From NCBI GenBank assembly GCA_964016885.1, contig CAXHJY010001450.1, forward strand, positions 5,729 through 69,728: DNA of 64,000 nt. Reading direction: 5' to 3'. The notes under the pieces are model-generated. The model saw only the letters and a list, made by a program, of their open reading frames with translations. It had not been told where the DNA came from and ran no database searches. The stretch is from Eledone cirrhosa. Lineage: Eukaryota. This document shows, piece after piece, positions 12,891-30,158 of the stretch. The position numbers and the translations under genes are program-made. Numbering within the stretch: position 1 is the stretch's first letter; each line of letters starts with the position of its first letter.

Positions 12891-13377
12891 CAACAAAAGA
12901 CACATTAGCAATAAAAACTTCTTGTATAGCAAGAACTATCGTAGGTACGACTCCTCCCACTACTACCAGTAGATAGTACTTCAAGACCCACCACACCCAT
13001 CCACCACCACCACCACCACTACTACGACTACTACTACTACTACTACTACTATGACTACTACTATTGTTTCTACAGATGCTGCTGCTGTTACTACTATTAC
13101 TGTTATTGCTAATACTACTATTAACACTTTTAATAAAGCTAACACAACAGCAACAACAATGACAACTGCAAAGTGAAAATAAAGGACTATATATAGCAGC
13201 AGCAGCAGAGTCAGCAGCAACAGCAGAGTCAGCAGCAACAGCGTCAGCAGCAACAGCAATAACATCAGCAGTAGCAACAGCGGGCTGGTAAGTGTAGATC
13301 TAATTGCTATCTGCACACAAACACACACACACACACAGATACAGGCACACACAGACGCACATATACACAGACATACA

Positions 13378-13399
<22 letters not shown>

Positions 13400-13419
<20 letters not shown>

Positions 13420-14040
13420 GATACTGCTACACAAAGGGGGTTATAGGCATTCACAAACACACACACATAGAGAGACACACACACACATAGAGAGGCACAC
13501 ACAGGCATCCACTCACACAGACACACATATAAGCAGATAGACACAGCTACACATACACAGACACATACACACACATCCACACACACAGCTACACATATAA
13601 GCAGATAGACACAGCTACACATACAGACACATACACACACACACATCCACACACACAGACATACATATAAGCAGATAGACACAGCTACACATACACACAC
13701 ACACACATCCACACATAAGCAGATAGACACAGCTATACATACACAGACACATACACACCCACACATCCACACACACATCCACACAGCTACACACGCACAC
13801 ACACAGACAGACACACATATAAGCAGATAGACACAGCTACACATACACAAACACACACATCCACACACAGACACACATATAAGCAGATAGACACAGCTAC
13901 ACATACACACACACAGACACACATATAAGCAGATAGACACAGCTACACATCCACCCACACATCCACACACACAGACACACATATAAGCAGATAGACACAG
14001 TTACACATACACAGCTACACACAGCTACACACACACACAC
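13400..14040. repeat. Compound minisatellite: core ataagcagatagacacagctacac with variable CA spacers
   Basis: About 8 cores seen directly. Confidence 0.85.
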
Positions 14041-14256
14041 AGTACCTGTGGAGACATCTCAGAAAGTTGATAATACTGTGTAAAAGGAGAAACGAGGAAT
14101 TACTCTCAATTTTAATTCCTTGACGGATTTTATTTTAAGATTTTATTATTTCAAATTTATATTTTTGTTTCCGATACTATTTCTGTTTTAATATGTGTGT
14201 GTGTGTATGCGTGTGTATTGTGTATATGTATGTATTGTGTATATGTATGTATTGTG

Positions 14257-14287
<31 letters not shown>

Positions 14288-14600
14288 TCTTCTTTTTGGT
14301 AAATATCATCTTGGTTAAGAGAGTGGGACTGGCTTTGTGCAGTGCCTTTGCTCACTATAAAAGCTTCACGGCACAGGCATTGCTTTATATCTGGAGATCT
14401 CTCTGCACTTGTCGTCACATGGTACCATGGGCCCAGCATTATGTGTCAATAATTGTCACAGGTGTAGTGTTTGTACCAGAGTTTTCAAGTCGCTGGCTGG
14501 ACTAAAAAGTCACACTCGTTCAGCGCATCGGTAGGGGTTCTCCTACATGGATATAAAGTAGTGGCCGTACTCGAAAACGAGTTGGCAGCCACCATGTATG

Positions 14601-14631
<31 letters not shown>

Positions 14632-14656
14632 GTGTGTATGTATGTATGTATGTATG

Positions 14657-14687
<31 letters not shown>

Positions 14688-15229
14688 GTGTGTATGTATG
14701 TATGTATGTGTGTATGTATGTATGTATGTGTGTATGTATGTATGTATGTATTTATATATGTATATATGCCTAGGGCGGGTAAAATACCCAAGATCCATGG
14801 ACGAGTTCTCTCCATCGGTCTCTGTCCCTCATCATCGCTGCCATGTCCAGCGTCTCCAAGAGACCAGTGTCTGGCCTTAGGGCATCAATATATGTCAAGC
14901 TCGGTCTGTCTTCTAGTGTGTCTGTGTGCAGGGGCTCCCACAGGAGCACTCAGTGCAGTACATGTATGTGTATGTATGTTTTCTCTATGTATGTATACAC
15001 AGGAGCTGTACCAGTGTGCAGTCTACTGCAGCATACATAGTCAACCAGGAGGTGACCTGGTTATCGGATTAACGTTTGGGTAGTTTAGTGTAGTTGGGAT
15101 ACATTTTGCACTGAATTGTAAAGTGGCATGTCCACACACACGCATATAAATATATATACACACAGGTGGTGTAATTAAGTTAGACATGGCCTGGGCCAAT
15201 ACTGGCCGAAACCTATCAAATTAATCAAA

Positions 15230-17170
<1,941 letters not shown>

Positions 17171-17237
17171 ATTACGCGTTTGTGTGTGTGTGTGTGTGCT
17201 TGTTCGTAAATACATACTGACAGAAACACACACACAC

Positions 17238-17305
<68 letters not shown>

Positions 17306-17693
17306 TATGCCAGTGTGCGCAGCTGTAGTGGACGTGGTGTGTCCACCCAACCTTGTTGACATTGGTCCTCTACAAAGAACAACAAACATTAAAGTGATGT
17401 TTCCTGAGTGGGGAACAATGTCTAAAAATATCTTCTCCTTTATATAGCTGTCTCGTGTGTTGACGTAGAGTTTGTGCACTTAATGTTGCACCTGGTGTGT
17501 TGTTGTGTGAGTGACTGCATGGATGATGGACGGTGTCTGCCTGGATGATAAAGTGTGCTACACATACCACCAAAATACACAGGAAGCTCCCACATAGCAT
17601 TCAATTACACAATCATTCAGTTTCCTGAAATGTTTATGTTGTAAGGTGGCAAAATATTAAAATAGAATATTGTTGATATATTTATTGTACCCT

Positions 17694-17736
<43 letters not shown>

Positions 17737-17743
17737 TAATATA

Positions 17744-17784
<41 letters not shown>

Positions 17785-17806
17785 TAATATATATTTATAT
17801 ATATAA

Positions 17807-17867
<61 letters not shown>

Positions 17868-18969
17868 GAGGGAGAAGGACAGAGATTATTTTCAGGGTCA
17901 CAAATATATATATATATATATACTGAGAGAGAGAGAGAGACTTGTGTCTGTATGTATTATTGTTTGTGTGCGTGTGTTCGTGGCTTAGTATGAGCTTGTG
18001 TGTGTGTGTTTATCTATAATATTTCATCTATGCTATTTTACCATTTAAAATGCTTGCTTGGAAATATTTTCAGTATTCCTTTTAATTTCTTTAAAATTCT
18101 ATTTATATGATAAATCTTTGTTTTATATTTCGTAACATTTAAATCATATATTTTTCTTTGCTCTGTGTGTTTCGTATTTTCACAATTTTGGAGGACTTTG
18201 TTAAATAATGTGTCTAGAGTTTATGTAACTTTTGGTTTGAAGTTTGGGTAGCAAAGTGTGTCCATTCACATGTCCGTTTTATTCATATGTGGGACAGGGT
18301 TCAAGCCGTATGGCATAGAATCACACAGAGTTTGGCAAGTAGAAAAGGCACAAGGGCAGAGCTATGGACAATAACGAGCTGGTCTCATATACAAACGTGT
18401 GTCAATATTTAGGGGCGGTATAGAATGGGGAGGGGGGGGGGGTAAATTTGGTAAATTTAATTGTAGTGATTAGTTTAGCGGTTATTATTAATTATCAACC
18501 AAGATATAAAACTACTTCAATATGGGATAAGCATAACATGTACATATATTGTAGCGCATATACAATAGATGTGTGTTTTGGCAGTTTGGGGAGAAAAATA
18601 TAATTTTTTATTTTATTTTATATTTTTTTTTGGGGGGGGGGGGGACCCAGTTTCCCATCTCCTAATATGTATATAAATATATATATGTATATATATAGAG
18701 AGAAAGAAAAAGAGAGAGTTAGATTAAAAGATACATATCTATACACATACAGACATATATATATAGATAGATATATTTGAATATATATACATATATATAT
18801 ATATATATATTTAAATATATATATATACACATATATATATATTTGAATATATATATATTTTATATATATACATACACATATATATATATTTGAATATATA
18901 TATATATATATGTATACACATATATATATGTTTGAATATATATATATGTATACACACATATATATATGT

Positions 18970-19012
<43 letters not shown>

Positions 19013-19159
19013 AATACACGCATATATATATATTTGAATATATATATATATGTATATACACATATATATATTTGAACATATATATGTATACACATATATA
19101 TATATATTTGAATATATGTATAGACATATATATATATTTGAATATATATATATATATAT

Positions 19160-19196
<37 letters not shown>

Positions 19197-19475
19197 AATA
19201 TATATATATATATATATATGTATATACATATATGTATTAATATATATATATGTATACACACATATATATATTTGAACATGTATGTAATAATATGTATTTA
19301 TATGTATTTATTTATATGTATTTATATGTATTAAAAATTTGTACGTATATATATAATATATTTGAAAAAAGAAAATGTTATAATACCAACTCATAATATT
19401 TTAATATAAAATTAAATCAAATTGTTTAGAAATACAAGTGAAATAAATTATTTTCTTTTTTTCAAATATATATAT

Positions 19476-19525
<50 letters not shown>

Positions 19526-19719
19526 GGATACTATTTATGGTTATGTATATACTAAAACTTTTTATAGTTATATATATTTTAAACCCTAAACAGTGAAGGT
19601 CAATAATTTATTACTACCTTATTACCAGTAAGATAAATAGCTCAATGTAATTACATCAGTTGTTCTACAGTTGTTTTATATATATATATATATATATATA
19701 ACATCAGGTCTTCCACGTT

Positions 19720-20035
19720 TTTGCCAGATTCTTGATGTGAAATCGTGCGTTGATAGAGGGTTTGGTAGACATGCACCAGTTGAGTCTCATTTCATATTTA
19801 TTATTAGTCAGGTGACCCATTCCTCAGTTGATTTATTAACCGTGTAGCTTTTTATATTCTAATTGCCAAATCTCTTTCGTCACACATATATCTGTCCTCT
19901 AAATAAACAAACCGAGAAATGGATTAGTTACCTGACTTATAATAAAACCGAACATGAACTAAACTGGTGCGTGTGTACTGAATAGCAGCATGACCCTCCC
20001 TAAATTGATTTAAGTGCGATTCTACATAAAGGATC
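19720..20035. repeat. Old imperfect inverted repeat (MITE-like)
   Basis: gcaccagttgagt...agtcaggtgacccatt...gatttatt is roughly the reverse complement of aaataaac...aatggattagttacctgact...aactggtgc. Confidence 0.5.
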
Positions 20036-20185
20036 TTCAAAAACAAAGTACATACACACACACACATATATATATATATATGTATAGATAGGTGTATATA
20101 TATATATTGAAGTGTGTATTACATATTTCTAATTATATACATATATATATATATGTATATAATTAGAAATATGTAATACAGACTT

Positions 20186-20233
<48 letters not shown>

Positions 20234-20336
20234 CTATGCACATATGGTTTCGTCGGTAGGTAAGTATACACTATACACGTCACTTAAAATCGATGTATGT
20301 CAGTTAACACTTTATCATGAGAGTACACACGCCCCT

Positions 20337-20380
<44 letters not shown>

Positions 20381-20749
20381 CATTTCCCTGAGTCGGTGTT
20401 TTTCGTTGTTCTGGTCCTAGCGGCTCGCATTTCGGTCAATTTGCATAGCTGCCTAAACGTAATGTTATAACTCTAAGGTAAAATTCCATATTGAGTGCTT
20501 TTGGCTGCACTTCTCGACAGCATTCGTTAGCTTGCCCGCAAACAGAGCTTCGATTATGCTGTACTACCTTCTTGTATTATATATATATATATATATAATA
20601 AGTTGACAAGACTAGCATAAAGTTTCCCAGCTAGTACCGGTTGCATCTCAGTGTACTCAATAGGTAAGGTTAAGTAAATATCCCAGAGAAGACGCAAAGT
20701 TATTTGCCTCAATACAACACACGTAAATCGGTACCATGAATCTATACCC

Positions 20750-20796
<47 letters not shown>

Positions 20797-21244
20797 AACA
20801 CACAAACGTATTACGGGCTAAAAGCAGCTAAACAATACAGACATTATTTTGAAAATCCAATATCTATCTTTCTATTTATCTGTCTGTCCCTCTCTCACCC
20901 CTGCATATACGTATATATATATCGATATATCGATCTATCTTTTTAGCTGGTTGTCACCCTGACTGACTTTATTTCTGATGGTTGTCTTAACGGGAATATA
21001 AAATAATATATAATACAACGCCTGGTGAATTCTCTCCCTTCCTTACTCTTGCGTATTTGAACCCAACTGAAAAGAAGTTTCAGTTTTGAATCATCAAAGA
21101 TAGTTTCAGTCGATTGAAGTTCTTCGACTAAATATATTTAGAATGTGAAACATAACTTGAATATATACACATCAGGTAGAAATCATTTCAAAGGTAATTT
21201 TTAACCTCTACTTGGATTACGTCAAACGATTTCTCGTTAACTTT

Positions 21245-21454
21245 CAACATGAATGGACCTGTTATTTTTATCTAAAGACATTTTTTCTATTCCAACCCGC
21301 CCGTCCCTTCAATCTCTCTTATTTCTCATTCTTTCTTCTGATGAAGGACTAGCGTCCGAAACCTTAAGACCCTCTTCCTGCTATTTCAAGCGTTAACCAA
21401 ATATATTCCTTCCATATACTGTACGAATTGTGTTGTAATTTCTGTTTACTTTTT

Positions 21455-21456
<2 letters not shown>
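21245..21456 (+). mobile_element. PLE-like 3' fragment family H with minimal HHR at 21334-21369 (copies 26093-26303 and 62250-62522)
   Basis: Consensus TCTT-CTGAYGA-AGGAC tagc GTCC-GAAAC-GTT^AAGA. Each copy carries a different local lesion; two copies end in (CA)n. Confidence 0.75.
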
Positions 21457-21493
<37 letters not shown>

Positions 21494-21496
<3 letters not shown>

Positions 21497-21756
21497 TTAT
21501 TAAAATAACAGATAAAGTTTAAGCAAAGAATCGCTGCTTTCACCCTTAACGCGATCTTCTGAAACTAAAAAAAATCATTCTTTTTTTATATTTTTTAATT
21601 TCAGAAGATCCCGTTAAGGGTGAAAGCAGCAATTCTTTGCTTAAACTTTATTTGTTATTTTAATAAATATTTGCTCTAGGGTTCTTATATATTTGACATA
21701 TATTTATCCTTATCGAGCCCTCTTTAGATTTTAGTCTTCACATTTATTATTATTAC
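21494..21756. mobile_element. Fold-back family C (fragments at 7459-7526 and 25122-25155)
   Basis: 71-bp arms at 21494-21564 and 21599-21669 plus a tail; flanked by TA. Confidence 0.75.
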
Positions 21757-21919
21757 TATATATATATATAAGTAGAACACTGGAAAGTAATATCCGTAAT
21801 AGTAGAGCACTCAGTCCATGGACGAGTTTGGCAGAAGTAGTAACTAACTGTTGTGTTACTACTTCTATATATATTCTCTCTCCCTCTCTCTCTCTCTATA
21901 TATATATATATACACACAC

Positions 21920-21969
<50 letters not shown>

Positions 21970-21970
21970 G

Positions 21971-22027
<57 letters not shown>

Positions 22028-22028
22028 G

Positions 22029-22169
<141 letters not shown>

Positions 22170-22250
22170 GCGTTTCATCAGATAAATTGATATGTTGATT
22201 TAAAACCTCACTATTGACAAGTGTTTTTTAACCCTCATATCATGTATCCC

Positions 22251-22321
22251 TATTTTATCTGATGAAAACGCAGATGTCATCTCATGATGATATTTGCTTT
22301 TGAAATGCGCATAATAAAATA
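22251..22321 (+). ncRNA. Minimal hammerhead ribozyme (family E variant)
   Basis: 8-bp helix I TATTTTAT/ATAAAATA and GAAAT-GCGC-ATA. Helix II shows a G-C versus A-T compensatory change relative to the 12155 copy. Confidence 0.78.
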
Positions 22322-22446
22322 CTTGGAACTCTTTTAACCATCTTTTGATCTTATATTATTTATACTCCAGTCCTACAAACTGTAGAGTGCTACTTATCCG
22401 ATATTTGCATTGCTTTATTGTATGTACTACAATAAAACTCACCTCC

Positions 22447-22494
<48 letters not shown>

Positions 22495-22731
22495 AAAGTT
22501 CTATTTAAAATTGTTGGGATACAACAAGTAAATATTTTTATAACTGATATAAAGCACTCGACAAATTTTTGGAGTAGATATACGATTTCGGGTATGTTAT
22601 ACAAAGAAATACGTTTAACTGTTATGTTAAATAGCGATAAGTAATAAATATGTTACTATATAGAAGAAAACACAACAAATAAAACAAGATATTTCTTAAA
22701 AGTATATACAGAAACATTATATATAACTCAT

Positions 22732-22845
22732 TCTGAGTTCAAATCCCGCCGAGGTTAACTTTGCCTTTCATCCTTACGAGGTCGATAAAATAAAGTACCA
22801 GTAATACACTGGGTAATTGCTGGCCTTGTGCCTAACGTAGAAACA
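22732..22845 (+). mobile_element. 5'-truncated SINE family 1 with 16-bp TSD
   Basis: TSD attatatataactcat at 22716 and 22846. Confidence 0.85.
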
Positions 22846-23516
22846 ATTATATATAACTCATATGAATGATAAACCCTTATTTAGGTTCTGATAGTCACTG
22901 CTCGTATTAGAATTATTTACAAGCCAAAGGGCCTAGCAACATGCTTTGCGTGGGGCGAAGCAAAACCAAGATCATCCAACTGAGTAATATTGAGCCATAA
23001 TTGTTTTCTATCCGTTACATATGAAGTAAGTGTTTCAAGATAAAATATAGTTTTCAGCAGGTAAAAACTATACCAATCATGTTTTAACATGACCATAAAT
23101 CAAGCTTAAATTTATTTTAGTAATCAAATATTACATGTTTCATTTTTATTTAGTATTTCATCCTAGATTGTGCTTTGTCGTGATTAATAAAGGTTCCCAT
23201 GTGAAATAAGCTTAGGTTTCAGTAGAGTAGATATTACTGTTAGCTCCTCGTAAGCATTTAAAAAAAATATTACCTTCTAAACTGGAGAGCAACTAATGCA
23301 TTGGAGCATCTTATAAAGGGTGAAACACAATTTATAAAACACGTGATGTGATTATGTAAAACATTTCTGTATGCTAGAGTAGAATTGGGTAAATAACCAG
23401 GTAGCAATGATTTTCACGAAAAGTTTGACACAAAATAAATGAAATGTGAATACAACTGTTTTTCTGTGTGTTTCATTTTATTTTATTTGTTTGAATGGCT
23501 AAAATGACCCTTCCTT

Positions 23517-23849
23517 GCTGGGTTGGATTTATCCCTTAGGGCGCCCTGGGCACTTCAGGTTTGGGGGACCCCTCATACACAAAAAATTATAATACACACT
23601 ACCCCCCCCCCCCCCATTTTACATATCGAAGTTAGCTTGTCACAAGTAATTGGAATTGTAAAGTTATACATACAGATATTAAAATAAAAAAAATTCTGAT
23701 TATCCTAAAACTAAAAAGCCCAGCTGAGGGTACAAATAAATTTCTACGGCCATCCCTGAGGTGTGGGGGAGCGGTCTTGTTGGCACCCACTGCAGGGGGC
23801 CCGGGGCAATTGCCCTCTTTGCTCCCCCATCCATTAACTCCGGCCTTGC
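23517..23849. mobile_element. Non-autonomous DNA transposon (hAT-like MITE) remnant
   Basis: GC-rich ends, including ggggcccggggcaattgccc and ccggccttg, resemble CAGGGCCGG-type terminal repeats. Similar GC island at 32900-33090. Confidence 0.35.
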
Positions 23850-24629
23850 TTCCATGGTTTAACTGCTTTAGTCTCGAAACAACCTCAAATCAAGTAATTG
23901 TCCAACTTCAAAATTTCACCAAGTACGAACCGAAAATATGGAAGTACGATTCTTTAGATCATTCCATTTGTTTTCGTTTTTTGTAATCTACGGTCAGACA
24001 TGAAACGAATGACAAGACGTTTAAGAAAAATCATTCCAGCTTTGGATATCATATTCTTTAATTTTTTCCTTCTTTCTCTCTCGTTCCATAGTACATCTAG
24101 TACCACCATAAGGAATGTGTACTTCTTAGACTTTATTTAAAGGTAGTTGTATTTGATGGGAGAGCAAATTCAGATGATATTTTCCAAAAGCTGACAGCTC
24201 CACCAATGCTTCGTTGCTGAATGTGTATCAGTGTGTATCAGTTATGATATAAAATATAATTGCTATTTGGGTAGAATTCCTAATTTGATATTTGCCTGTA
24301 CCGACGACAGATACTTTCCCCGAAATCTATTAATTATTAAGAATTTATGTATACAAAATCTTTTTATTTAGTTAATGGAAATAGCAATTCGATGAGCCTA
24401 ATTAATTTTCTGCGCGGTATCGAATTAATTACACATTGAATCATACACTAATTAAATAAGAAAGAAGTCTAGTGGGGATGTCGGTGGATATGCGTAGAGT
24501 TTTCTTGCCGGTAATTAATTTGTAAAAATTACACAATAATCACTTCACATATTTTGGCTGATATTACGTTGTTTACTGTTTAATACCGTTCGTAATAAAC
24601 ACACATTATATATATATATAATGTGTGTC

Positions 24630-24666
<37 letters not shown>

Positions 24667-24682
24667 TGTATGTCCATGGGTT

Positions 24683-24714
<32 letters not shown>

Positions 24715-25158
24715 GGTATCTGTGTGCGTGTATATATATATATACAGGTGTCTGTGTGCGTGTATATATATATATATATAAATATAATGTGTCTGTGAGT
24801 GTGTGTATATATATATAGAGAGAGAGATAAGCGATATATATTTTGGGAACCGTTGAGCTATAGGAAGTTTTGAATTTGTAAGATAGAAGATCAGGGTTTT
24901 TGCCTATGAAAAATAGGGTAATAAGTTGGGTATATATAAATCCTGGAGATGGAAACAATTTGTAGACGGCCGGCGGTGTACCAATTATTCCGTCTCTAGG
25001 GTAATATACATCCAACTTATTAATTACATTATTTTTCATAGTAAATATACTTTGATGATTCTCACTTACATATTATATATATATATATATATTTATATAC
25101 TCTATATATATATATATACTGTATTTATTAAAATAACAGATTAAAGTTTAAGCAAACC

Positions 25159-25317
25159 TTCCGAGCTCCTTTTACAGGGCTTAGAGAAACTGGAGCACCG
25201 CTGCAATAAGTGTGTGAGTGAATCTTAGAGGGGAATATGTTGAATAAAATCATAATTAACTGATCCTCCTGTATTTTCTTTTAGCCCAAACCAAGAACTA
25301 TTTTAGCACCACCTCGT
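25159..25317 (+). mobile_element. Mariner transposase C-terminus and 3' end
   Basis: LQGLEKLEHRCNKCV / LRGEYVE* with a frameshift, a typical mariner ending. Confidence 0.7.
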
Positions 25318-26727
25318 CCTAATCCTGAAAACTTTGAAAAGAATTATGGTTACTACTTTTCCCTTTTTGGCGAAAGAGTAAAAAAAAAAAAAAAAATAAA
25401 GGGGTCTTTTCTTTCATAAAGATAAATCAATTCCACATGCCTACGATATGTTATCAGCCCAAAAGTGATGAAAGTCAAAAGTGACATCAATGTTACTTAA
25501 ATCGTATCATAGATTACTTACACCTTTTTCTATCGACCAATGAAGACAGATCGAGACTCCTTCATCAGCAGTACATGGACTGAGGTAGCTGAATATAGTA
25601 AACTTTCTTAAACTACAAACTATGATCTTTCAATCGCCTCGACATTCTCGACATTTTTTTCATCATCTGCAAGTTTTGGCAACCTTGCTTTCCACGCCCA
25701 ATTCGCTATCTAAGAAAGCTTAAATCAGCTTGGATTATAGGAGTTATCTCCCTCACTTGCTTTCATCGCTTTACATCCTTTGAGTGAGTGAGTGTGGTCG
25801 TGAAATAGTAAAGATGGACTTGGTTGGTTGGAGATTTTTTTTCTCCTTTTAGTGGGGAAACGTTAAAATTTATTTTGAAAATAAAAAATACAAACGAAAG
25901 ATGCAGAACTCCAGGTTCATCGGCCGTTGAGATGAACTTTGACAGTTTCGACTCCAACCAACGGTGCTGCTGGTCTATCAGGGGTCACAGCGTATGACAC
26001 AAGCCAGAACGCTGTCCAGTGCAGTAAAAGAGAAAACAAAATAGTAACTTATAGCTATTAAGCTATGACAAGCACACATGAAGTCATATGTCAACATGTA
26101 TGGACTTGTTATTTTTATCTAAAAATATTTTTTCCAATTCCAACCCACCCGTCCCCTCAATCTATCTTATTTCTCATTCTTTCTTCTGACGAAGGACTAG
26201 CGTCCGAAACGTTAATACCCTCTTCCTGCTATTTCAAGCGTTAACCTAATATATTCCTTCCATATACTGTACAGATTGTGTTGTTATTTCTGTTTCCCTT
26301 TTACACACACACACACACACACATTATATATATATATATATATATATATCAGAACTTAAGTACTATTTTGTTTCCTTGATGCCAGAAGAATGAATGGCAA
26401 AGTTCAACTGGGAGATATTTGAATTCAGAAGTGAAAAATCCTAGAATATACGCTATAACAATTTGGCCAACTCTTAACGATCTTGGCATTATACCACCTT
26501 CATATTTTACATTGCTGTTTAGTCAAGGAAGGCAATTACTGCTGATAACCCCCTAGAGTGGGCTTGGGATAGGGGTCCCTAAACCAGAAATCTCACCCCA
26601 GTGCTGGAAATAGAATAAATTCCTTTATAGGCAATACACAACCCCGTTGTATTAAATCTATTCAATAATGTTTTGTGTTCTTTTCGGTTTTGATGTCATT
26701 AAAAATGCTGCTACTGTTATTGATATT

Positions 26728-27160
26728 GCTGTCGTTGTTGTTGTCGCTGAAGCTACTGTCGTTATTGTTGTTGTTGTTGCTATTGCTGTTGTTGTTGTTG
26801 TTGTCGCTGAAGCTACTGTCGTTGTTGTTGCTGTTGTTGTTGCTATTGTTGTTGTTGTTGTTGTCGCTGAAGCTACTGTCGTTATTGTTGCTATTGTTGT
26901 TGCTATTGCTGTTGTTGCTGTTGTAGTTGTTGTCGCTGAAGCTACTGTGTTATTGTTGCTATTGTTGTTGCTGTTATTGTTGCTATTGTTGTTGCTTTTG
27001 CTGTTGCCATTGTAGTTGTTGTCGCTGAAGCTACTGTGTTATTGCTGCTATTGTTGTTGCTATTGCTGTTGTTGTTGCCATTGTAGTTGTTGTCGCTGAA
27101 GCTACTGTGTTATTGTTGCTATTGTTGTTGCTGCTATTGTTGCTATTGCTGTGGTTGTAG
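26728..27160. repeat. ~60-bp minisatellite on a GTT background (core gtcgctgaagctactgt)
   Basis: About 6 cores seen directly. Confidence 0.85.
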
Positions 27161-27455
27161 TTGTTTTGTTATTACTATTTTGTATTTCATCTATCTTTAT
27201 GTAGTTATTGTTTCATATACAAGTTGTGGTTATTAGTAGCTGTGTTTTGTTCAGCTGCCCCAACTATCCCCAGTTTCATTGACTAATTTTCGTCTATTAC
27301 TTTTTTCTCTCTTTATGAGTTGCACCAGTTCTATAGATTTTTAGTTAAGTACACACAGCCACACATGCACTCTCCTCTCACCACACCACACCACACCACA
27401 CCACACCACACCACACCACACATATGTATTTCAAGTTTGTGTATGTGTGTGTGTG

Positions 27456-27486
<31 letters not shown>

Positions 27487-27610
27487 ATGTGTGTGTGTGT
27501 GTGTGCATATATAAATATATTTATACTTATACATACATATATATATATATATATGGATATACATATATATAATATACATATACATGCATATACATATATA
27601 TAATATACAT

Positions 27611-27643
<33 letters not shown>

Positions 27644-28010
27644 TACACATATATACACATATATATATATATATACATACACATATATACACATATATAT
27701 ATATATATACATACACATATATACATATATATATATATACATACACATATATACATATATATATATATATACATACACATATATACATATATATATATAC
27801 ATACACATATATATATACATACACATATATACATATATATATACATACACATATATATATACATACACATATATACATATATATATACATACATACACAT
27901 ATATACATATATATATACATACACATATATACATATATATACATACACATATATACATATATATATATATATACATACACATATATACATATATATATAT
28001 ATATACATAC

Positions 28011-28041
<31 letters not shown>

Positions 28042-28714
28042 TACACATATATACATATATATATATATATACATACACATATATACATATATATATATAT
28101 ACATACACATATATACATATATATATATATACATACACATATATATACATACACATATATACATATATATATATATACATACACATATATACATATATAT
28201 ATATATACATACACATACATACATATACATATATATACATACATACATATACATACATACATATACATATATATACATACACATACATACACATATATAT
28301 ACATACACATACATACATATACATATATATACATATACATATATACATATATATATATATACATATACATATATACATATATATATATATACATACACAT
28401 ACATACATATACATATATATATACATATACATATATATATACACACACATATATATATATATATACACACATATATATACACACACATATATATACACAC
28501 ACATATATATACACACACATATATATACACACACATATATACACACACACACACATACACATATATACATACACACACATATATATACACACACACATAC
28601 ACATATATACACACACACACATATATACACACACACACATATATACACACACATATACACACACACACATATATATATCCACATATATATACATACACAC
28701 ACACATATATATAT

Positions 28715-28760
<46 letters not shown>

Positions 28761-29936
28761 TAGTAGCCGATAATATAAATAAATAAAAATCCCCCTGTGA
28801 TTTTTTAATAGGATTGCTACAGTGCAGTTATAATAGGTATATAAATTATGATGCATTTCTCGCCCCTCCATTATAGCCAATCCGGTTTGGTTCATTACAG
28901 GTGTTGGAGAAGTTATCATAATTCTAAACATATTTCTAAGTAAATGAGTAAATCAGTAATAAATCTATATTTACTGATAAGGATAGAAACTGAAGTAGGA
29001 GAAGAAGAAAGACTGTGAACTAGAACTAAGAATCTAATATCAAGTGAACGATTCTACTTTCTAGTTTACGATTATTGCTATTATTACTAACATTTCTAAC
29101 ATTGCTGGCCTCACTCACTTCTATCCTGTGTAAGATTTGCTCCTCATACATGGTAAGTTTCTTTGTACTTTTCTCTATTATATATTTATTCCGTCCCCCA
29201 CTGTATGTCTCTCATTTCGTCTCTATGTTTACAGATATATATCTGTATGTATCTCATCTAAGTCCTCGGTTGGTCAAGTTTTAACATGGTTCTATATTTA
29301 CAAATGGAAACTTCTTCTCTCGAGCGCAGTTTTAACCATCGTCTATCCCTACAGCAAGTCTACTATCTGTTGTCTTCAGGCCACAGATGTTGAACTTTGT
29401 AAAGGCAAGTGTTCATATATTTTAGCGCAAGCATCGTCACAACAGAACTCATATTATAAACGGCTGGACCATATAATGCAATGAACTAATTCACTACCCT
29501 GGACTGATATTTCATTTTATCGACGTTGCAAGTATGAATTTCAATGTCAAAGTTTGGTATTGGAGATAAGAAGAGTAGAAGAATGTCTGACATTACAGGT
29601 ACAGAGGAGCAAAGCAGCGGGTTTTTATAGCGATTGGGTAAAAAAAATGTCGATACTTTACCCAATTTTCTCAACTTCTATTTATAGTGAGCATCTATTG
29701 TAATAATCGTTTACACTGGGACGACTACTTTTCAAATTTCCACAATTTTTCAATGTTTCTTACGTCAACAGATTGACTAATCTTCAAGATTGTTGCCCAA
29801 TATTTTTATCAACGTACAATCACTTGCACTTGACTTTAAAGCAGAGGCACCATTTTTTAAATCACAAGTGGCAACGGAATGTAACCAACCAGTTGGTTGA
29901 GCGATGTTATGGGAGCAGAGATGTCACAGCTATCAC

Positions 29937-30158
29937 CTAACATTTACGATTATGGTCAATCAGATTGTAGGGCACCCATTGGTCTAGCTTGGTCTTGCAC
30001 AGATTCCCTATTGCATGCAAGTGATTCAGAATGATAGTTTTCGATGCCCCAATCACTTCGGAGAGCTGACGTGATGACTGGTGTGAGTCAGCTTCCACCA
30101 TCTTACGCAGTTGCCCATCATTGAAGTTGGATGAAGGTCCTGTTATTTTTAAATTCAT
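29937..30158 (-). pseudogene. Mariner transposase fragment (HTH-linker region)
   Basis: QLRKMVEADSHQSSRQLSEVIG...HLHAIG..KLDQWVPYNL contains the WVPHEL-type motif. Confidence 0.8.

Noticed and set aside
13400-14040. Repeat-spacer pattern resembling a CRISPR array
   Set aside because: The spacers are CA microsatellite of variable length, the context is eukaryotic and there are no cas genes.
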